Shown one piece after another: positions 51,246-61,116 of a DNA stretch of 64,000 nucleotides. Numbering within the stretch: the first letter of the stretch is position 1; every line of letters starts with the position of its first letter. The stretch spans positions 8,989 through 72,988 of the forward strand of contig CAXXSM010000012.1 of assembly GCA_963663405.2 (NCBI GenBank), given 5' to 3'. The notes beneath the pieces were generated by a model. It saw only the letters and a program-made list of their open reading frames with translations. It searched no databases and had not been told where the DNA came from. The translations under genes were made by a program, and so were the position numbers. The stretch is from a bacterium. Its GTDB lineage: Bacteria > Hinthialibacterota > Hinthialibacteria > Hinthialibacterales > Hinthialibacteraceae.

Positions 51246-52412
51246 ATGAAAAAACGGACACGTCCGAAAAAAAAGCCCAAGAGTAAAGCCGAATCCATTC
51301 CCGTTTTCCGTCCCTCGATCACCCAAGAGGAAATTGACGCGGTCGCGGATGTCATGCGGTCCGGCTGGATGGGGCTTGGACCCGTTACGGAAGAATTCGA
51401 AAACGCCCTGGCGAAACATTTCGGCGTAGATTGCGTTATCGCTCTCAATTCCGGAACAGCGGCGTTGCATCTAGCCCTTCATCTTCTCGATCTTAAACCG
51501 GAGGATGAGGTGATTGTCCCCACAATCACGTTTGTATCCACCGCTCATGTCGTTGAGTATTGCGGCGCGAAAGTTGTGTTCTGTGATGTCGAGGAAGACA
51601 CGCTCTGCGTCAATGTCGACGATGTGCGCCGGAAATTGACAAAGAACACCCGCGCGATACTTCCCGTGCACTATGGAGGCCACCCCTGCGACCTGGATGG
51701 CCTTCGCGAAGTTCTCGGTGACCGGAAAATCGTCATTATCGAAGACGCCGCGCACGCCTGCGGCGCGGAATATAAAGAGCAAAAAATCGGCGCTCTTTCC
51801 CCGCTGACCTGTTTTTCCTTCCATGCCGTTAAGAACCTAACCTGCGGGGAAGGCGGCGCCGTTTTCACGAATCATTCACCCTGGGCGAAAAAATTGCGGG
51901 AAATGCGCTGGCTGGGCATTTCGAAAGACACCTATACACGCTCCGCCCGCGAACGCGTCTACGCGTGGCAATACTGGGTCAACGAGATCGGATATAAGTA
52001 TCACATGCACGACATCGCCGCGGCCATCGGCCTCGTTCAACTCCGGCGGCTGGAAGAAAACAACCGGAAACGGCGGCGCATCATGGAACGCTATAACGAA
52101 GCCTTCGAAGGCCAATCCTGGATCGAAACGCCTCCGGAACATGATGATGTACGCTCCTCCTGGCATATCTACCACATTAAAGTACCCGAACGGGACCGTC
52201 TCGTCGCCCATCTGAAACGCAAACAGATTGCTCCCGGCGTGCATTATTACCCCATCCACATGCATCCATACTATGTGAGTTGCAACGCCCAATGTCCTAT
52301 TGCGGAAGAAATCTGGAAGCGTATCATCAGCCTTCCCATGTTTCCCGACATGACGGACGAGCAGATCGATCGCGTCATCGACACTGTTATCTCATTCGAA
52401 AACGATCTATAA
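51246..52412 (+). CDS. DegT/DnrJ/EryC1/StrS PLP aminotransferase (nucleotide-sugar)
   Basis: NSGTAALH, PVHYGG, EDAAHA, SFHAVKNLTCGEGG, SLPMFP. Confidence 0.93.
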   Translation: MKKRTRPKKKPKSKAESIPVFRPSITQEEIDAVADVMRSGWMGLGPVTEEFENALAKHFGVDCVIALNSGTAALHLALHLLDLKPEDEVIVPTITFVSTAHVVEYCGAKVVFCDVEEDTLCVNVDDVRRKLTKNTRAILPVHYGGHPCDLDGLREVLGDRKIVIIEDAAHACGAEYKEQKIGALSPLTCFSFHAVKNLTCGEGGAVFTNHSPWAKKLREMRWLGISKDTYTRSARERVYAWQYWVNEIGYKYHMHDIAAAIGLVQLRRLEENNRKRRRIMERYNEAFEGQSWIETPPEHDDVRSSWHIYHIKVPERDRLVAHLKRKQIAPGVHYYPIHMHPYYVSCNAQCPIAEEIWKRIISLPMFPDMTDEQIDRVIDTVISFENDL

Positions 52413-52439
52413 AATTGTTCTAAATAATGATTGAATGCA

Positions 52440-52970
52440 AAGGAACGAATGATGATCTGTGGGGAACGTATTGTTTTACGCGCTTTGGAAGAGAGAGACG
52501 TGGAACAGCTGCGTCTATGGCGCAATCACCCAGAATTAATCGGTTATCACTGCTCCGATATCCCCGTCTCCCAAATCAGCCAAGCGCGCTGGTATGAGAA
52601 CTGCGCCTCGAATCCCAAACAGATCCTCTTCATCATCGAAGACGAAGAAAACAACCGTATCGGATACACCCTGATTAAAAATCTTGACCACAAAAACCGC
52701 AACGCCGAAATCGGCCTTCACCTCGACCCATCCGCCCAAGGAAAAGGTTATGGCAAAGAAGCCTTTCAAACGCTGATCCAGTACTGCTTCAACGAACTCA
52801 ATCTCCATCGTCTCTATTTAGAGGTCTTCGATTTTAATGAACGCGCGATCAAACTCTACGAAACCCTAGGCTTCCAAACCGACGGCAGAATGCGCGAAGC
52901 CTATTTCACCCAAGGGGCGTACTGTGATATTCTTATTATGTCTTTGTTGGAGAATGAAAATCTCCAATAA
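52440..52970 (+). CDS. RimJ/RimL-type GNAT acetyltransferase (PseH-like)
   Basis: LRLWRN, AEIG, QGKGYG, LNLHRL.LEV...NERAI.LY..LGF. Confidence 0.85.
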   Translation, partial: KERMMICGERIVLRALEERDVEQLRLWRNHPELIGYHCSDIPVSQISQARWYENCASNPKQILFIIEDEENNRIGYTLIKNLDHKNRNAEIGLHLDPSAQGKGYGKEAFQTLIQYCFNELNLHRLYLEVFDFNERAIKLYETLGFQTDGRMREAYFTQGAYCDILIMSLLENENLQ

Positions 52971-53039
52971 TCCGTTTTCTCCATATTCTCTTCTCTAGCG
53001 ATCCATCGGGATAATCCTACTGATAAAATACTCTCCAAG

Positions 53040-53068
53040 TTGCCGAATCCGTTGCCGCTAGGTACAAT
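53040..53068 (+). promoter_or_regulatory. Sigma70-type promoter of hslVU
   Basis: TTGCCG-17 nt-TACAAT. Confidence 0.5.
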
Positions 53069-53129
53069 GGTCTGTTACAATATTGAATAGACTCGATAAT
53101 TCAGATTCCCTTCTTGTAATAGAAGAGAG

Positions 53130-53723
53130 GTGGAGAAAAACTTGAATCAATCATCTAAAACACGCGCCCGCTGCCGGTCCACAACGATTTTATGCGTCCG
53201 TCGGGATGAGGAAGCGGTGATGGCGGGGGATGGCCAGGTCACAATGGGTGACACGGTCATGAAACGCTCCGCTCGGAAAGTCCGCACGATGTACGACGAT
53301 GAAATCCTTGCGGGTTTCGCGGGCACATCGGCGGACGCGTTCACGCTCTTTGAAAAATTCGAAGCGAAACTAGACGAATACAACGGTAATCTGACTCGCT
53401 CAGCGGTTGAATTGGCCAAAGAATGGCGCACGGATAAAATGCTCCGCCATCTGGAAGCCCTTCTGCTCGTCAGTGATCAACATCAAACTCTCGTCATTTC
53501 CGGCACGGGCGATGTGATCGAACCGGATGACGGCGTCATCGCCATCGGTTCGGGAGGCCCCTACGCGCAGGCCGCCGCGAAAGCGCTTCTCAAATTCACA
53601 ACGCTCCCCCTCAAAACCATCGCCGAAGAGGCCATGAAATTGGCCGCGGAGATTTGCGTATATACCAACGAGGAAATCGTGATGGAATACCTTCCCAACG
53701 AGAATGAGGAATCCGGCTCCTAA
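53130..53723 (+). CDS. hslV: ATP-dependent protease subunit HslV
   Basis: [35 protein letters not shown]. Confidence 0.96.
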   Translation: MEKNLNQSSKTRARCRSTTILCVRRDEEAVMAGDGQVTMGDTVMKRSARKVRTMYDDEILAGFAGTSADAFTLFEKFEAKLDEYNGNLTRSAVELAKEWRTDKMLRHLEALLLVSDQHQTLVISGTGDVIEPDDGVIAIGSGGPYAQAAAKALLKFTTLPLKTIAEEAMKLAAEICVYTNEEIVMEYLPNENEESGS

Positions 53724-53788
53724 TCGCAGCCTCCGGGATGGAAAGCAGGATTTAATACTATCAAAAATGGAAAACCGGTACAAAACGT

Positions 53789-55207
53789 ATGTCTGAAATA
53801 ACATCCACAACGAATCTCATCCCCACCGGAAAGTCAACGGTTCCTGGATTGACCCCCAAAGAAATCGTCACCGAATTGGATAAATACATCATCGGTCAGC
53901 AAGACGCGAAAAAAGCCGTCGCGATCGCTCTTCGCAATCGCGCCCGCCGCCGCATGCTCGATCCGGACATGCAGGAAGAGGTCTATCCAAAAAACATTAT
54001 CATGATAGGACCGACGGGCGTCGGCAAAACCGAAATCGCCCGCCGCCTCGCCCGCTTGGAAGACGCGCCATTCATTAAAGTTGAAGCGTCGAAATTCACT
54101 GAAGTCGGGTACGTCGGGCGGGATGTGGAATCGATCATCCGCGATCTGATTGAAATCGCGGTCACCCGCGAACGGATCAAAAAAACCGATGAATGCCGCG
54201 CGGCGGCGGAACAGGCGGCGGAAGAACGCCTCCTGGATCTGCTGATTCCACACAACATCCCCCGCCGTTTCAACGAACAGGGAATGACAGTCGATCAACC
54301 GGACAACGAACGAGAAGACCGGATCGCGAACACACGGGAGAAATTCCGGGATATGCTGCGGGCGGGTAAACTCGACGACCGGCTCGTAGAACCGGAAATC
54401 AACGAGCGGGCCAGCAATGTAGTCGTCGGTGTGCCCCCCGGCGTTGGATTTGAAGAGATGGGCATCGACCTTAAAGACATGATCGAAAAAATGATGCCTA
54501 ACAAAAAAAAGCGAAAGAAAATGAAGGTCTCTCAGGCCCGGCCCCTTCTCGAACAAGAAGAGGCCGACCGGATTCTCGATATGGATCAGGTCGTGCAGGA
54601 CGCCTCGGAAAAAGTCGAACAATCCGGGATTGTCTTTCTCGATGAGATTGATAAAATCGTCGGCCGCGACGGCGGTTCGGGTCCGGATGTCTCCCGGTCC
54701 GGTGTGCAGCGCGATATCCTGCCCCTCGTCGAAGGCTCCACCGTCTTCACGAAATACGGCATGATCCAAACCGATCACATTCTCTTTATCGCCGCCGGCG
54801 CCTTTCATGGAACCAGCCCATCCGACTTGATCCCGGAACTGCAGGGACGCTTCCCCATCCGCGTTGAATTAGACGATCTGGACGAAGAAGATTTTCAACG
54901 CATCCTCAAAGAACCGAAAAATTCCCTCCTGCGCCAATACAGCGCCCTGATGGGAACCGAGGGTGTCACAATCGATTTTATAGATGACGGCGTAGAAGAG
55001 ATGGCGCGGATGGCGGCGAAGATCAACCGCGAAACCGAAAACATCGGCGCGCGCCGCCTTCATACCATCCTCGAAACCCTGCTCGAAGAAGTCTCCTTCC
55101 ATGCGCCCGAGATGCCGGGAAACACCGTCACCATCAACGCCGCCTACGTCAAAGAGAAACTCGGCGACATCGTCGAAGACACCGACCTCTCCCGCTATAT
55201 TTTATAA
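53789..55207 (+). CDS. hslU: ATP-dependent protease ATPase HslU
   Basis: [60 protein letters not shown]. Confidence 0.97.
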   Translation: MSEITSTTNLIPTGKSTVPGLTPKEIVTELDKYIIGQQDAKKAVAIALRNRARRRMLDPDMQEEVYPKNIIMIGPTGVGKTEIARRLARLEDAPFIKVEASKFTEVGYVGRDVESIIRDLIEIAVTRERIKKTDECRAAAEQAAEERLLDLLIPHNIPRRFNEQGMTVDQPDNEREDRIANTREKFRDMLRAGKLDDRLVEPEINERASNVVVGVPPGVGFEEMGIDLKDMIEKMMPNKKKRKKMKVSQARPLLEQEEADRILDMDQVVQDASEKVEQSGIVFLDEIDKIVGRDGGSGPDVSRSGVQRDILPLVEGSTVFTKYGMIQTDHILFIAAGAFHGTSPSDLIPELQGRFPIRVELDDLDEEDFQRILKEPKNSLLRQYSALMGTEGVTIDFIDDGVEEMARMAAKINRETENIGARRLHTILETLLEEVSFHAPEMPGNTVTINAAYVKEKLGDIVEDTDLSRYIL

Positions 55208-55409
55208 GCGATTCGATGGATCAAACTCTCCCCAAAAACCACGCTTCTTAATTTTCTTCCCCCTCAAAGCCTTCCCAATTCCTTGGATGTTTTTTAGGAT
55301 GAGGAGAATCAATCGTGATATACATAGAGGGATCGCTAAAAGATTCTGGACTTCCAGGATCAATACCCAATTTCAATCCAAAATAAATATTGGAAACCAC
55401 AATAACAAT

Positions 55410-58400
55410 ATGCGTGAACAATCCTTTTCTAAACACGACGCGCTCCGCTTCGCGGGAATTTTAATCGCGGCTATTCTTCTGTTTTGGTGGCGGATCTGGG
55501 CGTTGGCGCCGCTGGACCGGATGCACTTTACAGACGACATTTTTATTAAGGATTACCCCACCCGTCTCGGCCTTTACCGGACGCTTCTCTCCGGTTCGTT
55601 CCCGTTTTGGGATATGTATCAATTCGGTGGCTGGCCCGGAATCGCCAACTGCGAAGCGGGATTCTTTTATCCGTTCAATTGGATTCTCATTCCCTTTGTC
55701 AATTCTCCACAAGCCGGATTCCTTGCCACGCAATGGCTGGTTCTGTTTCATTTTTTTATTGTTGGAATGGGGGTGTACTGTCTAGCGCGTAAAACGGGTT
55801 TATCGCCCTATGGCGCGGGCATGGCGGCGATGGTCTTCACCTTCTGTGGATTTCACTGTGCGCATAAAAAACATACGAACATGCTTTTCACACTTGTCTG
55901 GTTCCCTTGGATTTTGCTCCAAGCCGAACATTGGCTGCGGGAACGATCTCCCCGTTTTTTAATTCGCGTTACGCTGCTCCTTTCCCTCGCCTATCTCGCC
56001 GGACATCCACAAGCCTCTCTCTATATTACGCTATTCCTCCTCGCCCGTTTGATCTATGCAGCGTTCATACACGCGAAGACGGAACGCGGGAAATTCTTCA
56101 CTGCTTTTTGCAAACATTGTTTTCCCGCCATCGCGGCTGTCTTTATTGCGCTTTCTCTCACAGCCTTCCAATGGCTTCCAACAGCCGAACTGATCCAACA
56201 AGGCGAGCGAGCCTCCGCGGACACATTTCAACGAAGCACTGAATTCTCCCTCCCACCTCACGAACTGATTGACACTATCCTTCCCGAAATCCTGAAAGAC
56301 TGGTCGCAGGTGGAAGTGTTCTATTGGGGAATCATTCCCTTGCTGCTGGCGATGATCGCATGGATGTGGGAACAACCGAACGAACTGCGGCGGTATTTGA
56401 TTGGCATGGGAGTGATGGCGTTTCTGCTTTCTCTTGGAGAGCATCTCTTTGTCTACGATCTTTCGTATGTCTTAATCCCCGGCGTCGCATGGGTCCGGGC
56501 GCCAAGCCGGTTGATCTACTTCGCCGGTCTCCCCATCGCGTATTTCGCGGGAAGGGGAATCGATCAACTCTTTTCGGGCGAATCGTTCCTTAGTCACAAA
56601 GACGGAGACGCCTTTTTCCGCCGTATTTTAATCGGCGTTACCGTCTTCCTTGGTCTCCTCTTCGCCATCCTCTTTTTCTGGATCGAAGGACAGGAATCGG
56701 ATTTATTATGGCGGCGGTTTCATGCGGCGGCGGTCGATTCGTCGGGAGTACAATCCGGTCACTATCGATCGCAGTTATTGGAATCCATCATTCTTACGTC
56801 CCTTTTCACGGGCTTTTTCTTCTTTGCCATCTATCTCGTTCAACAGAAGAAGATCACGGTAAAAACCTGCGTGATTCTAACCATTATCCTAACTTGGGTG
56901 GATTTAGGCACGCGCTACCGCGAATTGGATCTGGCGCCCGGTGAGGGAGGATACACGATCAACGAAGAGGTGGAGGAGCTCCAACAAGCGAAATGGAATC
57001 ACCGGACGAAAGTGTTCTTGCAAAGTGGTGGGAATCGGACGCTTTATCATGGAGCCGCGCAAAACTTCCCCGAACTGGACGGCCAATCACCGTTGACGCC
57101 GCTCTTGCATCTGCAGTCGCGGCAAGACACCGCGCTGCTCTTCCCCCAAAAACCGAATACAGCGCTGCTGAAACTCTTTGGCGCGCATGTGGTTCTAACG
57201 GACGCGAAAGATCTGCCACAACCGTTCGAACGGGAAACCGGACAGATGTATATCATCAATGAACCTGCTGTCCACGCGCGTTTTTTGCTGGATGAATTCT
57301 TCGTCAAATCCGAATACCAGCGCGCGCTATTGGCGGTTCAATCCTTCCCCTACAATAACGTGGCGATCGTCGATGAAAAAATCCTCGCGGAAGAGGAACC
57401 CTTGCCTTCCCGCAACCTCTTCCCTAAACCATTCCTTCTCGTGAGCGCGTCCAATGAAGCGGTTTCCATGGCCGCTCATCTCGTTATTGATGGAGAAGAT
57501 CATTTTGCGGAATTGAATGAAGATAAGGGGTATTACATCGCGTCCGCCGATCCCTTCACAGGTTCCATCGAACAAACCGCGACGTTCAATTTAATGAAAA
57601 GCGATTCCACACCCGGCCGTCCCGCACATCACCGGATGCTTGAATTTATTGAATCAATTCCCAACGGACACACCGTCTTCGCGGCTATCCGCGACAACGC
57701 CGTCGATGTTCTCCATCCCGAAGGTCTTGCGGCGCTGCGGGCCATCGGCGCGTCGCTGGACGTGCGCGGTGGTTACAAACTCGCTCACGCGATTGTCGGA
57801 ACAAAAGGCGCGCCCATTGGAAGCGCGTTGGAAATTGTCTCCCCCACGGAAGCGTTTGTGCTTCAAACGCATCAAAATGTGTTTACCGAAGGCCTGATCG
57901 CTGGACAGCCCAAACCGGCGATTATAACCGATGACGAACACGCCGCTGATTGGTTCCATCTCCTTTCGCAACTTGACCGTGATGATCTTCCTCCCGCGCG
58001 CTATCCGCCCAACGTTCGTTTCCATTCGGAGACACTGGGAGTGGATCTCCCGGCGCCGGTCATGGTCTTCTCCGCTCCTAAGAAAGAGGTTCACGCGCGG
58101 ATCGATGATTACGCCGGCATTCAAATCAATGGCGTTGAAGCGGCGCGCAACGAGACTGGATACAATCTCGTTGTAATGAATCCAGAAAGCGGGGCGGTCG
58201 AAGCGAGCGAAACCTTCAACATTGTGCTGGATTATGATCCCCTCTGGGACCAGCGCAGCGAAATAGGAAAGCGCGCGTCCGCGCCGTGGGTAAAAGAAGC
58301 GTCTGAAGAAAACACGAAAATGCGGGCATTCATTCACTCCGTGACAGAGGGCTATTTCATCCTCGGCGCGATTCGCGACGAAGCGACCGACCTGCTGCAA

Positions 58401-59006
58401 CCTGAAACGGTGGAGGCGCTTCGTCAAGTTGGTTCCGCGATCGTAATTAATCCCGAAAATCGGAAACGTTATTCTCACGCCTTCGTAGGAATCAAAGGCG
58501 CGACCCAGTGCATCGAAGCGTTTCGCCAAGAACAAAACGCGATCGTTTTTCTTCGCTATCCCGGTGGACCAACCCTTATGCCACAAGATCTATCCCAAAA
58601 CCAGGATTCATTCACTCCCACCAACACGATCCAAGAAATCACACAGGATTCATCGGATATACCCAGCGCCGGCTCTCCTCCTCCAGGAAAAGTCTTTTCT
58701 ATCGAAGAAAAAAGCGTAAATCGATTGCGGATCGCGGGAAATTTCAGATCCGATGGCATCCTGTTTCTGAGTGAGATGTTTTATCCAGATTGGAAAGTGA
58801 TTGTCGACGGCGTCTCTCAGAATGTGGAACGAATCAATTATTATTTCCGGGGTGTCCGATTGGATCGAGGCGAGCATGAGATCGAATTTTTCTATTCCCC
58901 CGCTTCCTTTTGGAAAGGGCTTTGGATATCCATTATTGCGCTGTTTGTACTGATTCTATGGCGGTTTCTCCTATTCCACCGTTCCAGTCAAGAGACAACG
59001 AAATAG
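55410..59006 (+). CDS. YfhO-family GT-C membrane protein with two ILEI/GG-like domains
   Basis: FPFWD.YQFGGWP, FYPFN, AGHPQ, RAPSR, C-terminal SEMFYPDWKV..DG...F.GV.L..GEH.I.F.Y.P; likely start ATG 55410. Confidence 0.8.
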   Translation: MREQSFSKHDALRFAGILIAAILLFWWRIWALAPLDRMHFTDDIFIKDYPTRLGLYRTLLSGSFPFWDMYQFGGWPGIANCEAGFFYPFNWILIPFVNSPQAGFLATQWLVLFHFFIVGMGVYCLARKTGLSPYGAGMAAMVFTFCGFHCAHKKHTNMLFTLVWFPWILLQAEHWLRERSPRFLIRVTLLLSLAYLAGHPQASLYITLFLLARLIYAAFIHAKTERGKFFTAFCKHCFPAIAAVFIALSLTAFQWLPTAELIQQGERASADTFQRSTEFSLPPHELIDTILPEILKDWSQVEVFYWGIIPLLLAMIAWMWEQPNELRRYLIGMGVMAFLLSLGEHLFVYDLSYVLIPGVAWVRAPSRLIYFAGLPIAYFAGRGIDQLFSGESFLSHKDGDAFFRRILIGVTVFLGLLFAILFFWIEGQESDLLWRRFHAAAVDSSGVQSGHYRSQLLESIILTSLFTGFFFFAIYLVQQKKITVKTCVILTIILTWVDLGTRYRELDLAPGEGGYTINEEVEELQQAKWNHRTKVFLQSGGNRTLYHGAAQNFPELDGQSPLTPLLHLQSRQDTALLFPQKPNTALLKLFGAHVVLTDAKDLPQPFERETGQMYIINEPAVHARFLLDEFFVKSEYQRALLAVQSFPYNNVAIVDEKILAEEEPLPSRNLFPKPFLLVSASNEAVSMAAHLVIDGEDHFAELNEDKGYYIASADPFTGSIEQTATFNLMKSDSTPGRPAHHRMLEFIESIPNGHTVFAAIRDNAVDVLHPEGLAALRAIGASLDVRGGYKLAHAIVGTKGAPIGSALEIVSPTEAFVLQTHQNVFTEGLIAGQPKPAIITDDEHAADWFHLLSQLDRDDLPPARYPPNVRFHSETLGVDLPAPVMVFSAPKKEVHARIDDYAGIQINGVEAARNETGYNLVVMNPESGAVEASETFNIVLDYDPLWDQRSEIGKRASAPWVKEASEENTKMRAFIHSVTEGYFILGAIRDEATDLLQPETVEALRQVGSAIVINPENRKRYSHAFVGIKGATQCIEAFRQEQNAIVFLRYPGGPTLMPQDLSQNQDSFTPTNTIQEITQDSSDIPSAGSPPPGKVFSIEEKSVNRLRIAGNFRSDGILFLSEMFYPDWKVIVDGVSQNVERINYYFRGVRLDRGEHEIEFFYSPASFWKGLWISIIALFVLILWRFLLFHRSSQETTK

Positions 59007-59101
59007 TAACAACCGTTGTGGAGACTCTCAAAACCGCTCTCCATACGAAGTAACTTTCTCCATTTCTACTGCCTTTTATTTCAGAAGACTAATGCAACAG
59101 A

Positions 59102-59176
59102 AACGGCATTCGTCCGAGTGATGGATTTTATGGATTCAATGCCAGGACAGACTTCGCATTGCCCTGGACGCCCGGC
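59102..59176. repeat. Cassette-junction hairpin repeat (family C), copy 1
   Basis: AACGGCATTCGTCCGAGT...GCCAGGACAGACTTCGCATTGCCCTGGACGCCCGGC; near-identical to 63802-63875. Confidence 0.85.
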
Positions 59177-59682
59177 TATAGTTGACAAACATAAACAGTT
59201 AAAACGAAGTCATTATTTTCATCTTCACATGTAACTTCATCTTCCGATTCGATCTCAGTTAAATCATCCCAAGAAATATAATCAACTCCTTTTAAAAAAC
59301 TTGAACATATTGGTTCTACTGAGGCTATCATCTCGACTATGCACTGGAAAGGTAATGGTTCATTAATTGTTCCTGCAATTAAACTAAAATTTAGCGAACC
59401 TGCCATTTCATCATACCAAGAGTAAAATATATGAGGTACGCCTTCCTTTATTTCTACGGCTCTTAATTTCCAGAAACTTACAACCGCATTAATAAAGGCC
59501 ACAATATCACTAATTTTATATTTCTTTCTACTTTCTTCTGGTAATGAGAAAGACCAATGATTTGATCTACATTCATCTTCATTATCCCCACTTAAAACCA
59601 GTGTACATTGTTTGAGTTCATCAAACCATTCTATAAATGGAGTTTTAAGCTGTTTGCTATAATCAAATGTTGAATTGTTCAT
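59176..59682 (-). CDS. AT-rich hypothetical protein, immunity-protein-like
   Basis: Acidic small protein with FYSWYDEMAGSLNFS...LPF; TAATG-coupled to an upstream stub; stop codon abuts the repeat. Confidence 0.65.
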   Translation of the reverse strand: MNNSTFDYSKQLKTPFIEWFDELKQCTLVLSGDNEDECRSNHWSFSLPEESRKKYKISDIVAFINAVVSFWKLRAVEIKEGVPHIFYSWYDEMAGSLNFSLIAGTINEPLPFQCIVEMIASVEPICSSFLKGVDYISWDDLTEIESEDEVTCEDENNDFVLTVYVCQL

Positions 59683-59790
59683 TATTTACCACCAAGTTCA
59701 AACCATTTAATAAATAGACCGATATCACTCTGTGGAGATGGAACATATTCATCAATCCCATTCGCGGCATAAATTAGGGATGGATTGAAG
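59682..59790 (-). pseudogene. Possible C-terminal stub of a lost upstream (toxin-like) gene
   Basis: ...YAANGIDEYVPSPQSDIGLFIKWFELGGK* overlaps the next ATG (TAATG); the upstream part of the ORF is read through a repeat. Confidence 0.3.
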
Positions 59791-59846
59791 ACGGCGAACG
59801 CGGCGCCTAATAGGCAAAGTAGTATGATGGTATTTTTATAAATAAA

Positions 59847-59898
59847 GGTTTCTGGATTCAATGCCATGACAGACTTCGCATTGCCCTGGGCGCCCAGC
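59847..59898. repeat. Cassette-junction hairpin repeat (family C), copy 2
   Basis: GGTTTCTGGATTCAATGCCATGACAGACTTCGCATTGCCCTGGGCGCCCAGC. Confidence 0.85.
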
Positions 59899-59908
59899 AA
59901 ACTACAAT

Positions 59909-60358
59909 TCACGAATCCAGAAATGAATCCTCATGCGCATCATCAAGCGCATCTTCTATGGCAACGGTTAAATCCTTCCATTCCTCCTCACTTAACATAA
60001 CTTTAAATTGTTCTGTTTGTCCTAGTTTTCCTTCTGTTACTTGTTGTATACATAGACGTCCTTCATCAAAAAACCAATTTAAAGATCCACCTAAGCAATT
60101 ATCGATTGTATACTCAGAAAATAAAGTTCCATCTAAGCAATTATCAATTATATACTCAGATGGATTTTCACTACGGATAAAACTAACAATGTTGGTTAAG
60201 ATGGATAAATTTTCAATATTAAACTGAAGCCATATCTTTCCATCATATATAACAGCGCCATATAGAGTTTCTGCTCCTTTTTCAATTTCATCAATCTCCA
60301 CACGCCATTCTCCATATAAGCCGCATCCTAATAAACCACGTGTAATATCCTCATCCAT
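59909..60358 (-). CDS. AT-rich acidic hypothetical protein with internal 42-bp duplication
   Basis: 149-aa ORF; SEYIIDNCLDGTLF/SEYTIDNCLGGSLN. Confidence 0.6.
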   Translation of the reverse strand: MDEDITRGLLGCGLYGEWRVEIDEIEKGAETLYGAVIYDGKIWLQFNIENLSILTNIVSFIRSENPSEYIIDNCLDGTLFSEYTIDNCLGGSLNWFFDEGRLCIQQVTEGKLGQTEQFKVMLSEEEWKDLTVAIEDALDDAHEDSFLDS

Positions 60359-60378
60359 TATTTTTCATTTTCAACTGA

Positions 60379-60475
60379 CGGGTAGCCAGGGCAAGAACTT
60401 GCGCTTATAACGGAGCCTTTATTTTCATCTAAAAGCCGCCACCGCGTGGTGTTGTCGTTACTGTCGTGACATTCT
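60379..60475. repeat. Half family C hairpin plus ~65-bp segment repeated at 63876-63940
   Basis: CGGGTAGCCAGGGCAAG then CGGAGCCTTTATTTTCATCTAA (22 bp identical to 63876) and a diverged continuation. Confidence 0.75.
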
Positions 60476-60519
60476 GTAAATTATGCAAGGGGAGCCGATC
60501 CCAAAAATTACCGCGTCCA

Positions 60520-60652
60520 TCATTCAAGTGGGACGCGGTTCATTTTGCCGTGTTTAACATGCAAAACTTGAACCGTTTGACCTTGAATGCGGAATAAAAT
60601 TCTATAATTTCCAACGATCAGGTTTCTAATTTCAAAATCGTGAAAAGCCATT
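60520..60652 (-). pseudogene. 3' half of RelE/ParE toxin gene, separated by the IS91-like insertion
   Basis: MAFHDFEIRNLIVGNYRILFRIQGQTVQVLHVKHG is a RelE/ParE C-terminus; joins in frame with 63077-63249. Confidence 0.85.
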
Positions 60653-60801
60653 GGACGAAGCGGCTCCGCCGCAGAGTGTCGTACGCCGAATTTTCTAGTT
60701 GAACAATCCCCTTGCGAAATCTCCTGAGTTGTCATGTATTTCTTCTGAGAAGGCAGTGGCTGTAAGACTGCCAACCACTACTTATTTACAGGAGAAAGAT
60801 C

Positions 60802-61116
60802 ATGAAATCATTACGGAAACGCATGATCGAAGACATGACGTTAGCAGGACTGAGCGAAGGCACGCAAAAAGCATACGTCCGAGCCGTCGCCTCATTCGCT
60901 CTAGAATTTGATTGCTCGCCAGAATGCATTAGCGAGGAACTCGTCCGGGTCTATTTACTGAATTTGCGAGACGTGAAGAAAGTCGCTCTCGGAACGTTTC
61001 AGGTCCACTACAGCGCGCTGAAATTTCTTTATCAAACCACGCTGGATCTGGGGTGGCCGTTGTTTGCAAAAAAAAGATTCGTAAGCCTCGCCAAAAGCGC
61101 CTGCCGCATTCATTAA
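60802..61116 (+). CDS. Tyrosine recombinase N-terminal SAM-like domain (ORF A)
   Basis: LRKRMIEDM.L.GLSE.TQKAYVRAV...P.......VRVYLL.L......TF....SALKFLY; AGGAG RBS. Confidence 0.85.
   Translation: MKSLRKRMIEDMTLAGLSEGTQKAYVRAVASFALEFDCSPECISEELVRVYLLNLRDVKKVALGTFQVHYSALKFLYQTTLDLGWPLFAKKRFVSLAKSACRIH

Noticed and set aside
53130-53180. HslV N-terminal extension
   Set aside because: Short propeptides before the catalytic Thr are known in HslV/CodW proteins.
53834-54808. 324-aa antisense ORF (also 57654-58586, 19368-19979, 61671-62231)
   Set aside because: Shadow frames opposite well-supported genes, with no recognisable motifs.
55101-55409. N-terminal 103 aa of the 1301-aa ORF
   Set aside because: Overlaps hslU and the AT-rich intergenic DNA; ATG 55410 fits the family start.
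60520-60774. 84-aa standalone ORF
   Set aside because: Chimera of element left-end sequence and the toxin 3' half.
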